Shown here: piece by piece, positions 8,525 to 17,576 of the stretch | Layout of the letters: each line of letters begins with the position of its first letter | Numbering within the stretch: the first letter of the stretch is position 1 | Origin: Deltaproteobacteria bacterium | GTDB lineage: Bacteria; Myxococcota_A; UBA9160; SMWR01 | Length of the DNA: 40,378 bases | Reading direction: 5' to 3' | Assembly (NCBI GenBank): GCA_032128375.1 | Contig: JAQBGU010000126.1 | Location: 1 to 40,378 of the forward strand | Translations under genes and position numbers: made by a program | The notes under the pieces: model-generated | Seen by the model: only the letters and a program-made list of their open reading frames with translations | The model's database searches: none | Told to the model about the DNA's origin: nothing

Positions 8525-9493
8525 TCAGCTGACTGATGCGAAGGGCAGACGATCGAGATCGACGTTGCCGCCGGTCAGGACGAGCGACAAACGTCGGCCG
8601 CGAAAACGTTCCCGATCGCTCATCACCGCAGCCAGCGGAACCGCGGCCGATGGCTCGACAACCAGCTTGGTCCGTGTCCAGATCAGTTGCATTGCGGTTG
8701 CGATCGACTCCTCGGTCACCGTCACGACATCATCGACGTGCTCGCGGATCAGTTCGAAATTCAGCCTGCCAAGTGACGACTGTAGACCGTCCGCGATCGT
8801 GTTCGGTGCAAGCTGCGGCTGCCAGCGGCCGCTGTGAAAGCTCCGATAGGCGTCGTCGGCACCCAGCGGTTCGGCCCCGATCACCTCGCACCCAGGCAGC
8901 AGCGCTTTGATTGCGACGGCCACTCCGGCCAACAAACCCCCGCCACCGACCGGCACGATCACGACCTCGGGCGGGCTAACGATCGATTGTTTCACGATCT
9001 CCAAGCCGACTGTGCCCTGTCCGCAGATGACGTGCGCGTCCTCGTAGGGGTGCACGAAGTGGGCACCGGTATCGGCTTGCAGCCGCTCCAGCGTCGATTC
9101 GCGCGCGGCCAAGCTGGGCTCACAATAGGTGATCTCGGCGCCGTACTGCGCGACTGCTTGCTTCTTGACCGCAGGTGCGTCGGCCGGCATCACGACGTAA
9201 GCGGGAATGCCCCTGTTGCGCGCTGCGAGCGCCACGGCCGCCGCGTGATTGCCAGAAGAATGCGTCGCAACGCCATTGCAGGCGGTTTCATCCATGAGTT
9301 GGAAGACCGCATTGTGGGCGCCGCGCGCCTTGAACGCGCCGACCTTCTGCAGGTTCTCGCACTTGAATTCGATCGCACAGTCGAGCAGCCTGTCGATCTG
9401 CTGGCTTGCCATGATCGGCGTGCGATGTACGAAGGGCGCGATTCGTTGGCTGGCCTCTCGAATCAACCCAAGCGAGACGGTCTCAGTCCTCAC
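8525..9493 (-). CDS. PLP-dependent threonine/serine dehydratase or serine racemase family
   Basis: KCENLQKVGAFKARGA, HSSGNHA, VPVGGGGL, VEPSAA and LTGGNVD. Confidence 0.93.
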   Translation of the reverse strand: MRTETVSLGLIREASQRIAPFVHRTPIMASQQIDRLLDCAIEFKCENLQKVGAFKARGAHNAVFQLMDETACNGVATHSSGNHAAAVALAARNRGIPAYVVMPADAPAVKKQAVAQYGAEITYCEPSLAARESTLERLQADTGAHFVHPYEDAHVICGQGTVGLEIVKQSIVSPPEVVIVPVGGGGLLAGVAVAIKALLPGCEVIGAEPLGADDAYRSFHSGRWQPQLAPNTIADGLQSSLGRLNFELIREHVDDVVTVTEESIATAMQLIWTRTKLVVEPSAAVPLAAVMSDRERFRGRRLSLVLTGGNVDLDRLPFASVS

Positions 9494-9520
9494 GCGAAAC
9501 CTTCGTCGCGCTGCGTGCGA

Positions 9521-11317
9521 TCACGACGCGACAAGCGCTTCCCGCTTGCGACGTCGAGAATGCACGACGCGCCACACCCATGCGGAGAGCAGCACGAAAC
9601 CAGCCAACCCGAAGAAGGATACGGGTAGAATCCTGTCCGCGACATAGTTGAGCATCAGCTGGGTGCGCTGGTCGTAACCATCCCGAACGGGCAATACGTT
9701 GTTGTCTTCTGCGTAGCGTTGGTAATCGGCAAGCATCGCCGAGAAGCGTTTCGGATCGGCGTCTCTCAAGTCATTCGATTCTCCCGGATCGCTGACGATA
9801 TCGAAAAGGTGCCACTCGTCGTCGCCGACAGGCCCGCGATCCATGACGACCTTGTAGTCGCCCTTGAACAGCGCGGCGTTTCCGCCCAACTCGTAGCCGA
9901 TCGGCTCGTCGGCTGGGTGAACGCTTTCGGCCGATCCTGCCAGCAACCCGTTGAGACTCCTGCCGCTGATGACTTCTACCCGGCGTCCGGCGTATTCCCC
10001 GTTCGCCGGCGAGACACCCGCGATTTCGAGGATGGTCGGCGCAATGTCGGTCACGTAGGCGAGCGCATTCGTGATGACACCCTTCGCCGCGACCGTCGGA
10101 CCCGCGATGATCAGTGGTACGCGCATACCCCCTTCACGCGCGAAGAACTTGTAGTACGCCAGCGGCGCGGCCGCAGCGCTCGCGAAACTCGGACCGATAT
10201 TCACGAAACTGCCGCGCGTACCCAGTGTCTCGTAGTCGGTCGAGTAGCCGTTTCTCCCCAGCCAAAACCGGAACAGGCCACCGCCGGGGCCAAAGGTCGG
10301 ATCGCTACCTTCTGAGCCGTTGTCCGATGCGAACACGAAAACGGTGTTCTCGTACTCGCCGATCTTCTCGAGGTGGTCGATCAAACGGCCGATGTGGTGA
10401 TCCATCGCAGCGACCATGCCCGCGTAGACGGCCATGCGTTTGGACGCGTAACGCTTTTCCTCATCGGAGAGCGCGTCCCAATTCCCGTTCGTCTCCACCG
10501 GCGCCAACTGGGTTGTGGGGGGCACGATTCCGAGCGCCTTGGCGCGCACGAGGCGCTGCTCGCGCAGGCGGGTCCAACCCGAGTCATACACGCCCATATA
10601 CCTGTCGGTGTACTCTTGCGGAGCCTGGACGGGAATGTGTACCGCCTGAAATGGGATGTACGAAAAAAACGGCCGGTGGTCGGCGCGATTCGATTCGATG
10701 AACTCGATGGTTTTATCGATATAGAATTTGGAAGAATAGAAATCGTCGGGAAGCGCATCGAGTTCGCGACCGTCGGCGAACCAGTGGGCCCTGTCGTAGA
10801 TCGGCAGGTACGTCTTCATCTCCCAGTTGTCGGCACCGGTATCCGCCATCGCAACGGTCCGCTCGAAGCCGCGTTGGCTCGGCAACAGATCCGGCGCCAT
10901 TCCCAGGTGCCACTTGCCGGTCATGTAGGTGTGATATCCGGCATCTGCCAGCAATGCCGCGATCGTCACGACGTCGTGACTGAGCGTGCCGGCGTAGTCG
11001 GGCTGCTCCGACTGATACCGTGGAATCGATTCGGGGATATTGGGGACGCCGTTTCGGTGGCTGTCTACACCTGTCAGCAACATCGCGCGGGTCGGCGCAC
11101 AGCTGGCCGCGGTGTGGTAGTTGGAAAACTGCATTCCCTCAGCCGCAAAGCGGCTGATGTGAGGAGTCGGTATCTCGCTCCCGTACGGCGCGGTATCGCT
11201 GAAGCCGAGGTCGTCGGCCAGAATCAACACGACGTTGGGTGGCGCAGCGGTGGCGCTGCCAGCAGGCGCGAATAGCAGCGCCATCAGGAGTGGACTGGCC
11301 CACCTCTCAGCGCGCAT
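9521..11317 (-). CDS. Arylsulfatase (Cys-type) with signal peptide and C-terminal membrane anchor
   Basis: PNVVLILADDLGFSD, CAPTRAMLLTG, GKWHLG and FASDNG. Start placed at MRAERW, overlapping the upstream stop. Confidence 0.92.
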   Translation of the reverse strand: MRAERWASPLLMALLFAPAGSATAAPPNVVLILADDLGFSDTAPYGSEIPTPHISRFAAEGMQFSNYHTAASCAPTRAMLLTGVDSHRNGVPNIPESIPRYQSEQPDYAGTLSHDVVTIAALLADAGYHTYMTGKWHLGMAPDLLPSQRGFERTVAMADTGADNWEMKTYLPIYDRAHWFADGRELDALPDDFYSSKFYIDKTIEFIESNRADHRPFFSYIPFQAVHIPVQAPQEYTDRYMGVYDSGWTRLREQRLVRAKALGIVPPTTQLAPVETNGNWDALSDEEKRYASKRMAVYAGMVAAMDHHIGRLIDHLEKIGEYENTVFVFASDNGSEGSDPTFGPGGGLFRFWLGRNGYSTDYETLGTRGSFVNIGPSFASAAAAPLAYYKFFAREGGMRVPLIIAGPTVAAKGVITNALAYVTDIAPTILEIAGVSPANGEYAGRRVEVISGRSLNGLLAGSAESVHPADEPIGYELGGNAALFKGDYKVVMDRGPVGDDEWHLFDIVSDPGESNDLRDADPKRFSAMLADYQRYAEDNNVLPVRDGYDQRTQLMLNYVADRILPVSFFGLAGFVLLSAWVWRVVHSRRRKREALVAS

Positions 11318-12578
11318 CGACGCTCGTCGGCAATCCGAATACCCGCGCGGCGTTGAGCCCCAGAATCTGAGCACGCGACCGATCCGAAATCGAACCCATC
11401 TGGCGCTCGATCGAAGCCGCCGAATGCGGCCAGCTGCCTTCGTGGTGCGGGTAATCGTTCGCCCACATCACGTTGTCGACCAGGCCTTCGTGTTCGACGG
11501 CGCGAAGTCCGACATGATCTTCTTGAAATGTCGCGAAGCAATGTTCGCGGAAGTACTCCGACGGCAGTTTCGGCGTCACCGGTCGGACAAAGAAATGATG
11601 CGCCCGGTAGGCGTGGTCCATGGTTTCGAGTAGCCACGGTACGAAACCGATCCCCGATTCGACGAGTCCGGCCCGAAGGCTCCTGTGCCGCTCGAAAACT
11701 CCCGAAGAAATCATCTGGACCAGCGGCTCGATCGTCGTCTCCATCGAATGGCAGACGTAGTTCGTGATCGCTCCCCCGTTGCCGCCCACCGCCCGTGGGT
11801 CTCGACCGGTCGAAACATGGAACGTGACCGGCAAACCGGTCTCGGCCACCACCGACCAGATTTCCTCGAAACTCTCGTCGTTGTATTCGAGCTTCCCGAA
11901 CGATTTCGCACCGTAGATCGGAGTGTTCCCGAAGCACAGGCCGACGAAACCGTTCTCCGCGGCCCAGCGAATCTCCTCGAGCGCGCCCGCCTGGTCTCCT
12001 GTTGCAATGCTTGCCAGTGGCCGCGTACGGCCAGCGTTCCAGCCTTGTCCCCCCCCGAAAAAATCCCGCGCAAAGCGGTTCCAAGCCCGGCACATCGCCA
12101 TTGCGAACACGGGGTCGGGCGTTGCCCAGCACAGCAGGCCCTTGTTCGGGAAAATCAACTCGATGTCGATGCCGTCGGCCCGCTGGTCCGCGAGTCGATC
12201 TTCGATCGTCCGGCCAGCGGCGTTGCGACTGAGATCCTCTTCGTCCATTCGCGAGGCGGTGTGGCGGTCGTGCTCGGGTCGCTCGTACGGCTGCTGACGC
12301 TGCACGGTCTTCGCGCCGGCGCCGGCTTTGACGCGCTGCGGGCGATTGCCTTCGCTGATCAGCCACTGCGACCCATCCTCTCGAGTTTCAGAATGAGGGA
12401 TTCGTTCGAGATACTCGCGGTCCACATAGTCGGCGAGGTAGGTAGGCGGCTCGTTTGCATGGGTGTCCGCTGACACCATGAAGTACTTGTTGGACGCGTC
12501 GGGTCGAGCCGTTCGGGTCCAGACATCTACGCCTGGTGTCCCGCGGCGCCACGCATTCATTCCGGCTGACTCGGTCAT
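11307..12578 (-). CDS. Amidohydrolase family protein (amidohydrolase_2 type)
   Basis: MVSADTHANEP, VTFHVSTG, GVFERH...LVESGIGF and MWANDYPHHEGSWP. Confidence 0.9.
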   Translation of the reverse strand: MTESAGMNAWRRGTPGVDVWTRTARPDASNKYFMVSADTHANEPPTYLADYVDREYLERIPHSETREDGSQWLISEGNRPQRVKAGAGAKTVQRQQPYERPEHDRHTASRMDEEDLSRNAAGRTIEDRLADQRADGIDIELIFPNKGLLCWATPDPVFAMAMCRAWNRFARDFFGGGQGWNAGRTRPLASIATGDQAGALEEIRWAAENGFVGLCFGNTPIYGAKSFGKLEYNDESFEEIWSVVAETGLPVTFHVSTGRDPRAVGGNGGAITNYVCHSMETTIEPLVQMISSGVFERHRSLRAGLVESGIGFVPWLLETMDHAYRAHHFFVRPVTPKLPSEYFREHCFATFQEDHVGLRAVEHEGLVDNVMWANDYPHHEGSWPHSAASIERQMGSISDRSRAQILGLNAARVFGLPTSVDAR

Positions 12579-12605
12579 TGGGGGCCTTTTCGCGCAGGAA
12601 AATTT

Positions 12606-13358
12606 CTAGCCGGCCATCATTCCATTATCGACCGACAGAATCGCACCGTGGACGCTCTTTGCGTCGTCTGAAGCCAGGTAGGCGATCGCAGCCGCGATGT
12701 CTTCTGGCGGCGACGGTGGGCGCGGTACAGTCGCTCGTAGCATCAGTTTGAAATCGGCGTCTTTGGGTACCGCGACGCCTCGAGTCATCTCGGTGTCAGT
12801 CCCACCGGGGGCCACGGCATTGACGCGGATATTCTTCTTGAAGAACTCTACCGCGAGCGCCCGCGTCAAGTTGATGACTCCGGCCTTGCTCGAGCAGTAC
12901 GCGGCCGCATAACTCTGGCCCATGAATCCCGCGTTCGACGCGACGTTCACGATGTTGCCGCCGGTTTCGAACAGGTGCGGTAGTGCGGCCTGGCACAAGA
13001 AGAATGGCCCCGAGAGATTGACTCCGAGCACGAGGTTCCAATCTTCTTCGGACATTTCCAAGCTGTGCACCAGTCGCAGGACACCGGCCACGTTGGCGAG
13101 AATATCGAGTTGTCCGAATGTTCCGACACAGGCTTCGACAGCCTCGAAGCACTCGGAGCGACGCGACACGTCACACGCCCGCGTCTCGATCGTTCCACCC
13201 GCCTCTTTCACGATTGCTGCGGTCTGTTCGAGACCGGACGAGTTGATATCGATCGCGAAAACCCGGCACCCCTCAGAAGTCAGGCGAAGACTGGTGGCTC
13301 TGCCCATCCCAGCTGCCCCGCCGGTCACCAAGGCCACCTTCCCGTCGAATCGAGCCAT
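12606..13358 (-). CDS. Short-chain dehydrogenase/reductase
   Basis: TGGAAGMG, NVAG, YCSSK and RVNAVAPG; AAGGAG RBS before the ATG at 13358. Confidence 0.93.
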   Translation of the reverse strand: MARFDGKVALVTGGAAGMGRATSLRLTSEGCRVFAIDINSSGLEQTAAIVKEAGGTIETRACDVSRRSECFEAVEACVGTFGQLDILANVAGVLRLVHSLEMSEEDWNLVLGVNLSGPFFLCQAALPHLFETGGNIVNVASNAGFMGQSYAAAYCSSKAGVINLTRALAVEFFKKNIRVNAVAPGGTDTEMTRGVAVPKDADFKLMLRATVPRPPSPPEDIAAAIAYLASDDAKSVHGAILSVDNGMMAG

Positions 13359-13372
13359 CTTGTTTCTCCTTG

Positions 13373-13463
13373 GTTGTGATCGATAGTTGTGATCGACAGC
13401 TGTGATGGACAGCTGTGATGGACAGCCGTGATCGACAGTTGTCATGGGCAGTTCTAGTAGACA
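13373..13463. repeat. Seven degenerate 13-bp tandem units, consensus GYTGTGATSGACA
   Basis: GTTGTGATCGATA, GTTGTGATCGACA, GCTGTGATGGACA x2, GCCGTGATCGACA, GTTGTCATGGGCA, GTTCTAGTAGACA. Confidence 0.9.
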
Positions 13464-13621
13464 GCTGCTGCTTACGGGTGAGTTTTCGGTCGCTGTGCGC
13501 GGCAATTTTTGGTTAACGGAGGTGATTCGGCGTGTCATCGGCCCGCCGACAACAAGCCCAGACGATAGGCGCGTCTCGGGACAAATTCACGAGCTGATTG
13601 CGGATCCCCGTCTGCGAGGCT

Positions 13622-15160
13622 TCATTCGCGCATCGACAGCGCGCGTCCGAGCTCGATCATCAGCCGGTCGAGATCCCATCGTTCGTCGACCACACCAAAT
13701 ATGTGGCGGTCAGGACGGATCACCGCGGCGGCGTGATCGCTAAACAGCAGGTCTGCCTCCCCCTGGACAATTTCCAGTCCTTCGAGGCTGACAGTGCGCC
13801 CGGCGAGACGTTCGAGAACAGCATTCGCAGACTGCCCCAGGCGGAGATCAGACGGGGTGCGGCCGAGGATTGCGAAGCCGCGCCCGAGCAGTTCGTCGAG
13901 CTGGCACACAGACCCGTCGGCACGGCGCACCCGGGGCTGGCGCAGCAGTCTCCCCACCGGTCCTTCATCGAGAACCTGTTCTTGGACCAACGCGCCACCA
14001 CGCAGCGGCGGAACCCCTGGACGGCGCGCAGGGGCGGGCGCGGCGTCTGCGTGCGGATCGGGTTGGCCCGCCTCGCGGGCGGCGAGCGTTTCCATCAGCT
14101 GACCGATCCCGACGGCGCCTTTCACCAGGTCGCGCGCATGGGCGTCTCGCTCGTCCCGGTAGCTATCGAGCAGTTTGTCGGCGCAGATTCCGGTGAGTAC
14201 GAGCGGGATCTTCCAGCCGAGGTTCACCGCGTCGCGAAAACCACTATTGAGCCCCTGGCCGAGGAAGGGCGGTGTCTGGTGGGCGGCATCTCCCGCCAGC
14301 AACACGCGCCCCTCGCGCCACTGGGAGGCGGTGGCCGCGTGGAACTGGTACACCGCAGCGCGTCGAATCTGGTAGTCGTCGGGCGGCAGCCAGCTCGCGA
14401 GGAGTTGCTGGATCTTCTCCGGTCGCAGCATCTCTTCCCGGGTTTCCCCTTCGAGCAGCTGGAATTCCCAGCGTCGATTCGGGTCCTTCACACAGATGTA
14501 ACTGGTCAGGCGCTCGGGATCGCAGACTTGCATCGTCGACATAGGGAGCTGTGCGTCGGGTCGAATCGCAATATCGATTACGAGCCAATCCTGATCGTAC
14601 CCAAGACTCTCCCATTCGATCCCCACCGCGCGCCGAACAAAGCTCCCCGCACCGTCGCAGCCGAGCACATACGAGGCCCGAAGCTGCGACGCATCGCCCG
14701 TCGCGACATTCGCACATCGAACCACTACGGCATCGCCATCTGGTTCGACGCCGATCACCTCCTCTCCGAGCGAGGCGGCGATGCGCTCGCTCTGCCCCAC
14801 GAAACCGCGGAGCTGCGCTTCGAGTTCGGGTTGATCGAAGAACGCCATGTCCCGCCAGCCGTTGTGTCCGTACTCGGGAACCTCGATTCCGAAGAGCACG
14901 TCTCGCTTCGAGTTCGTAAAACAGATCTTCTCGCCCTCGCGCGGGGGCTGCAGAATGGCTGCAACCGCATCACCGAGGCCAATTCGCTGGAATGCGCGCA
15001 CCGACTCCCCGTCGAGCCCTACCGCGCGCGGCAGCATGACGGGCTCGCTGCTGCGCTCGAAAATCTTGACTCGAAGCCCGGCTTCTGCGAGTAGCAGCGC
15101 CGTGAAAGCGCCTACCGGCCCAAAGCCCACTATGGCGATGTCGACATCCGAATCAGCCAT
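13622..15160 (-). CDS. FAD-dependent aromatic hydroxylase, MhpA-like
   Basis: IVGFGPVG, GCDGAGSFVR, AGDAAHQTPPFLGQGLNSGFRDAVNLGWK and C-terminal IRPDRHIFG. Confidence 0.9.
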   Translation of the reverse strand: MADSDVDIAIVGFGPVGAFTALLLAEAGLRVKIFERSSEPVMLPRAVGLDGESVRAFQRIGLGDAVAAILQPPREGEKICFTNSKRDVLFGIEVPEYGHNGWRDMAFFDQPELEAQLRGFVGQSERIAASLGEEVIGVEPDGDAVVVRCANVATGDASQLRASYVLGCDGAGSFVRRAVGIEWESLGYDQDWLVIDIAIRPDAQLPMSTMQVCDPERLTSYICVKDPNRRWEFQLLEGETREEMLRPEKIQQLLASWLPPDDYQIRRAAVYQFHAATASQWREGRVLLAGDAAHQTPPFLGQGLNSGFRDAVNLGWKIPLVLTGICADKLLDSYRDERDAHARDLVKGAVGIGQLMETLAAREAGQPDPHADAAPAPARRPGVPPLRGGALVQEQVLDEGPVGRLLRQPRVRRADGSVCQLDELLGRGFAILGRTPSDLRLGQSANAVLERLAGRTVSLEGLEIVQGEADLLFSDHAAAVIRPDRHIFGVVDERWDLDRLMIELGRALSMRE

Positions 15161-15412
15161 TCGTTTCGATCATCCTAGGACCCACCAGAACTGTCAATTC
15201 AAACCTCGACATCGATGCGTTTGGTGAAGCTTGGATCTCGAATGGGTCAGTCGTCCAACGATTTTGGCCAATCGTGTAAATGGACCGAAGCTCACCGAAG
15301 CCGAGGGTTGGTGTCGAGCGACCAGACTGGGAGATGGCCACAGCCCCACGCGCAACACGAAAGGCCGTGCTCGGGACAGCGCCGAAAATTCGCGCGAACC
15401 TCGAACCTGCTG

Positions 15413-16081
15413 CTAGGCGTCTGGCTCGTAACTCGTCTTCGGAAAGAAGTCTCCGCGACCCTCGGGTGTCATGTCGAGGAAGTGCCAGAACGGGGAAAGC
15501 TGGTCCATCCCGTTGAAGTGACCTTCCTCCATCATTGCGCTGATCGAGGTGAAATGAAACAGCCGGCCCGCCTCGAGTCGGAACACCGAGATTCCGGGAT
15601 ACTGGTCACCTTCCGGACTTTCAAAACCGAGTCGCTGTTTCAGATCAGAGTCGGCCGCGCAAACGACCCGCAGGTTGTTCCAACCTCGCCCGCTCCCGTA
15701 CGCGATGAAGGGACCGAGCCCTCCAGCGATCAGCACCGCGAAATTCACGCGCTGTTCGAGGTGCGCCATCAGCGCGTTGTAGCCGTCGGCCCAGAGCGTG
15801 CACATAGGACATGGGTTCAGTTGTTTCTTGCCCTGCATGAAATGCATCAGCAGCAGCGGCTTGCCCGGGTCCTGGAACAGCTCGCTCAGGCGTACAGCCA
15901 CGGTCTGCCCACCGCGAACCTCCTCGAAAATCGAGTCCTCGATGGCGGTGTCTGTCGGCAATCGCCGCCGCAACGCGGCCACGCGCCCCACCTGATCCTT
16001 GAGCGCGATCTCGGCCTGGAGAAGCTCGCCGCGGATCTTCCGGTATTCCGGTGACTCGTTGAGAAGTTGCTTGACACTCAT
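15413..16081 (-). CDS. DUF899 family thioredoxin-like protein
   Basis: ESPEYRKIRGELLQAEIAL...AALRRRLP, CPMCTLWAD and LDMTPEGR; ATGA overlap with the upstream gene. Confidence 0.85.
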   Translation of the reverse strand: MSVKQLLNESPEYRKIRGELLQAEIALKDQVGRVAALRRRLPTDTAIEDSIFEEVRGGQTVAVRLSELFQDPGKPLLLMHFMQGKKQLNPCPMCTLWADGYNALMAHLEQRVNFAVLIAGGLGPFIAYGSGRGWNNLRVVCAADSDLKQRLGFESPEGDQYPGISVFRLEAGRLFHFTSISAMMEEGHFNGMDQLSPFWHFLDMTPEGRGDFFPKTSYEPDA

Positions 16082-16539
16082 CGGGAGGTCTCCGTCTGAA
16101 GGTGTTCTTCGAGTTTTGTGAGTATTTCCTGCCAACCCTGTTCGTGGCCGTCGTAGCTGTCGGTATCGGGCAGCTCGTCGTGAACGAGTACGATTCGGGT
16201 CTGACCGGCGCCAGCCGGCTCGAGAGTGACTTCGATGCGGGTTCGCCGCTGTCCTTCAGGTTGCCAATCCGATACCCACGTCATGACGAGCCGCTTGGGG
16301 GGCTCGATCTCGAGGTATTCGCCTCGCTGCAGATAATCCTGTTCGGCTCCGTGCATGAGGATCTGAAAGCACCCACCGACCCGGAAATCGAGTTCGACGC
16401 TGGCCCGCTCCATGTCCGGCGCCGGGCACATCCAGACAGCCAGGCCCTCAGGATCCGACCAGGCCTCGAAGACCTCTTCTGGCGACGCCGACAGCAAGCG
16501 GTCCTGGACGATCGGCGATCTTCGTTTGGATTCGGTCAT
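16078..16539 (-). CDS. SRPBCC/AHSA1-like domain protein
   Basis: ASPEEVFEAWSDPE...LDFRVGG...GEYLEIEPPKRLVMTW...HEQGW. Confidence 0.9.
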   Translation of the reverse strand: MTESKRRSPIVQDRLLSASPEEVFEAWSDPEGLAVWMCPAPDMERASVELDFRVGGCFQILMHGAEQDYLQRGEYLEIEPPKRLVMTWVSDWQPEGQRRTRIEVTLEPAGAGQTRIVLVHDELPDTDSYDGHEQGWQEILTKLEEHLQTETSR

Positions 16540-16904
16540 CGTGCGCTCCTGCGTTTCTTTTTGGGCTTCGAGCGGCTGCTTCGGAGATAGGTCTCGAGAG
16601 AATCGAGACGGTCTTCCCAGAATCGAACGTATTCCGTCGTGAAATCCGCGGCAGCGGCCAGCGGCGTAGCATCGAGCGAACAGTGGTGCTCGCGGCCCCT
16701 CACCTCACGTTGCAGCAATCCCGCGCCCTCCAGCACCCGCAGGTGCTTCGAGATGGCAGCCAAGCTGAGGTCGAATGGCGCGGCCAGTTCACCGACGGTG
16801 GCAGCTCCTGTGCGGAGCTGGCCGAGCAGCGCTCGCCGAGTCGGATCGGCGAGCGCTGCAAAGGTTCGATCGAGGGAGTGACTCATCGGGACATTCGAAA
16901 TCAT
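16536..16904 (-). CDS. ArsR/SmtB-family regulator
   Basis: FAALADPTRRALL...TVGELAAPFDLSLAAISKHLRVLEGAGL...FWEDRLDSL. The start may instead be at 16886. Confidence 0.92.
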   Translation of the reverse strand: MISNVPMSHSLDRTFAALADPTRRALLGQLRTGAATVGELAAPFDLSLAAISKHLRVLEGAGLLQREVRGREHHCSLDATPLAAAADFTTEYVRFWEDRLDSLETYLRSSRSKPKKKRRSAR

Positions 16905-16923
16905 TCAACTAATGGGTTGAATG
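16902..16923. promoter_or_regulatory. Candidate ArsR autoregulatory operator
   Basis: CATTCAAC-N6-GTTGAATG perfect inverted repeat overlapping the ArsR start. Confidence 0.75.
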
Positions 16924-16949
16924 TACATCGATCCCCCCGCGGTTGCAAT

Positions 16950-17342
16950 TCACGCGCTCGAAGCCAGCGTAACCAGCCATACGCAGCTTCCAATGGCGAC
17001 CAGGAACGACGTTGAACGCAGCGGCGCGAGGTCGGCGATATAGAAGCCAGCGTGCAGGACGCGGGCCACAACAAACAACATCGCGGCGGTTGCAGACGAA
17101 CCCGGATCGGCCCCCGCCATGTGCGCGACCGCAACACAGGCTGTGAAGATGCCGACCGCCTCCCAGGCGTTTTGCTGAGCGGCGACCGCCCTCGCTCCCG
17201 CGCCTTCGAGCAGTGCGCTCTGGGCTCGGGGGTTGTTGTTGTCGACTGAGTCGAACTGCTGTGACTTGAAATAGCCGCCGATACCGGCCAAGACGAGCGG
17301 GATCAGTACGGTGATGAGCAGACACCAGAACGGGGTGGTCAT
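16950..17342 (-). CDS. MAPEG family membrane protein
   Basis: DNNNPRAQ...RAVAAQQNAWEA...FVVARVLHAGFY...LRS; GAGGTG RBS. Confidence 0.88.
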   Translation of the reverse strand: MTTPFWCLLITVLIPLVLAGIGGYFKSQQFDSVDNNNPRAQSALLEGAGARAVAAQQNAWEAVGIFTACVAVAHMAGADPGSSATAAMLFVVARVLHAGFYIADLAPLRSTSFLVAIGSCVWLVTLASSA

Positions 17343-17576
17343 GATTCACCTCTGAGTGACGGTTCGTGAAAGAAATGGCGCACAGACCGAGGCAATCAGC
17401 AGCGAACGCGCTCAATTGGAGCCTCCGGTTTCGACGCTACCACGGAAATGCGGTTCGGCTACCCGTTCGGTTTCGTTTTGGTGTGGATTCGGGTCGCGGG
17501 TTCGTCGGTCCCTCGGGTACTGCTCGCCGGGACCCGCTATCTCTCTATGTCCCCCCAGTTCCCAGCGAGGATCTCC

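Noticed and set aside
13373..13463. Possible CRISPR array
   Set aside because: Units are 13 bp and contiguous, with no spacers and no cas genes.
15258..15275. Palindrome ACGATT-N6-AATCGT upstream of the MhpA-like gene
   Set aside because: The 6-bp arms are too short, and no cognate regulator is evident.
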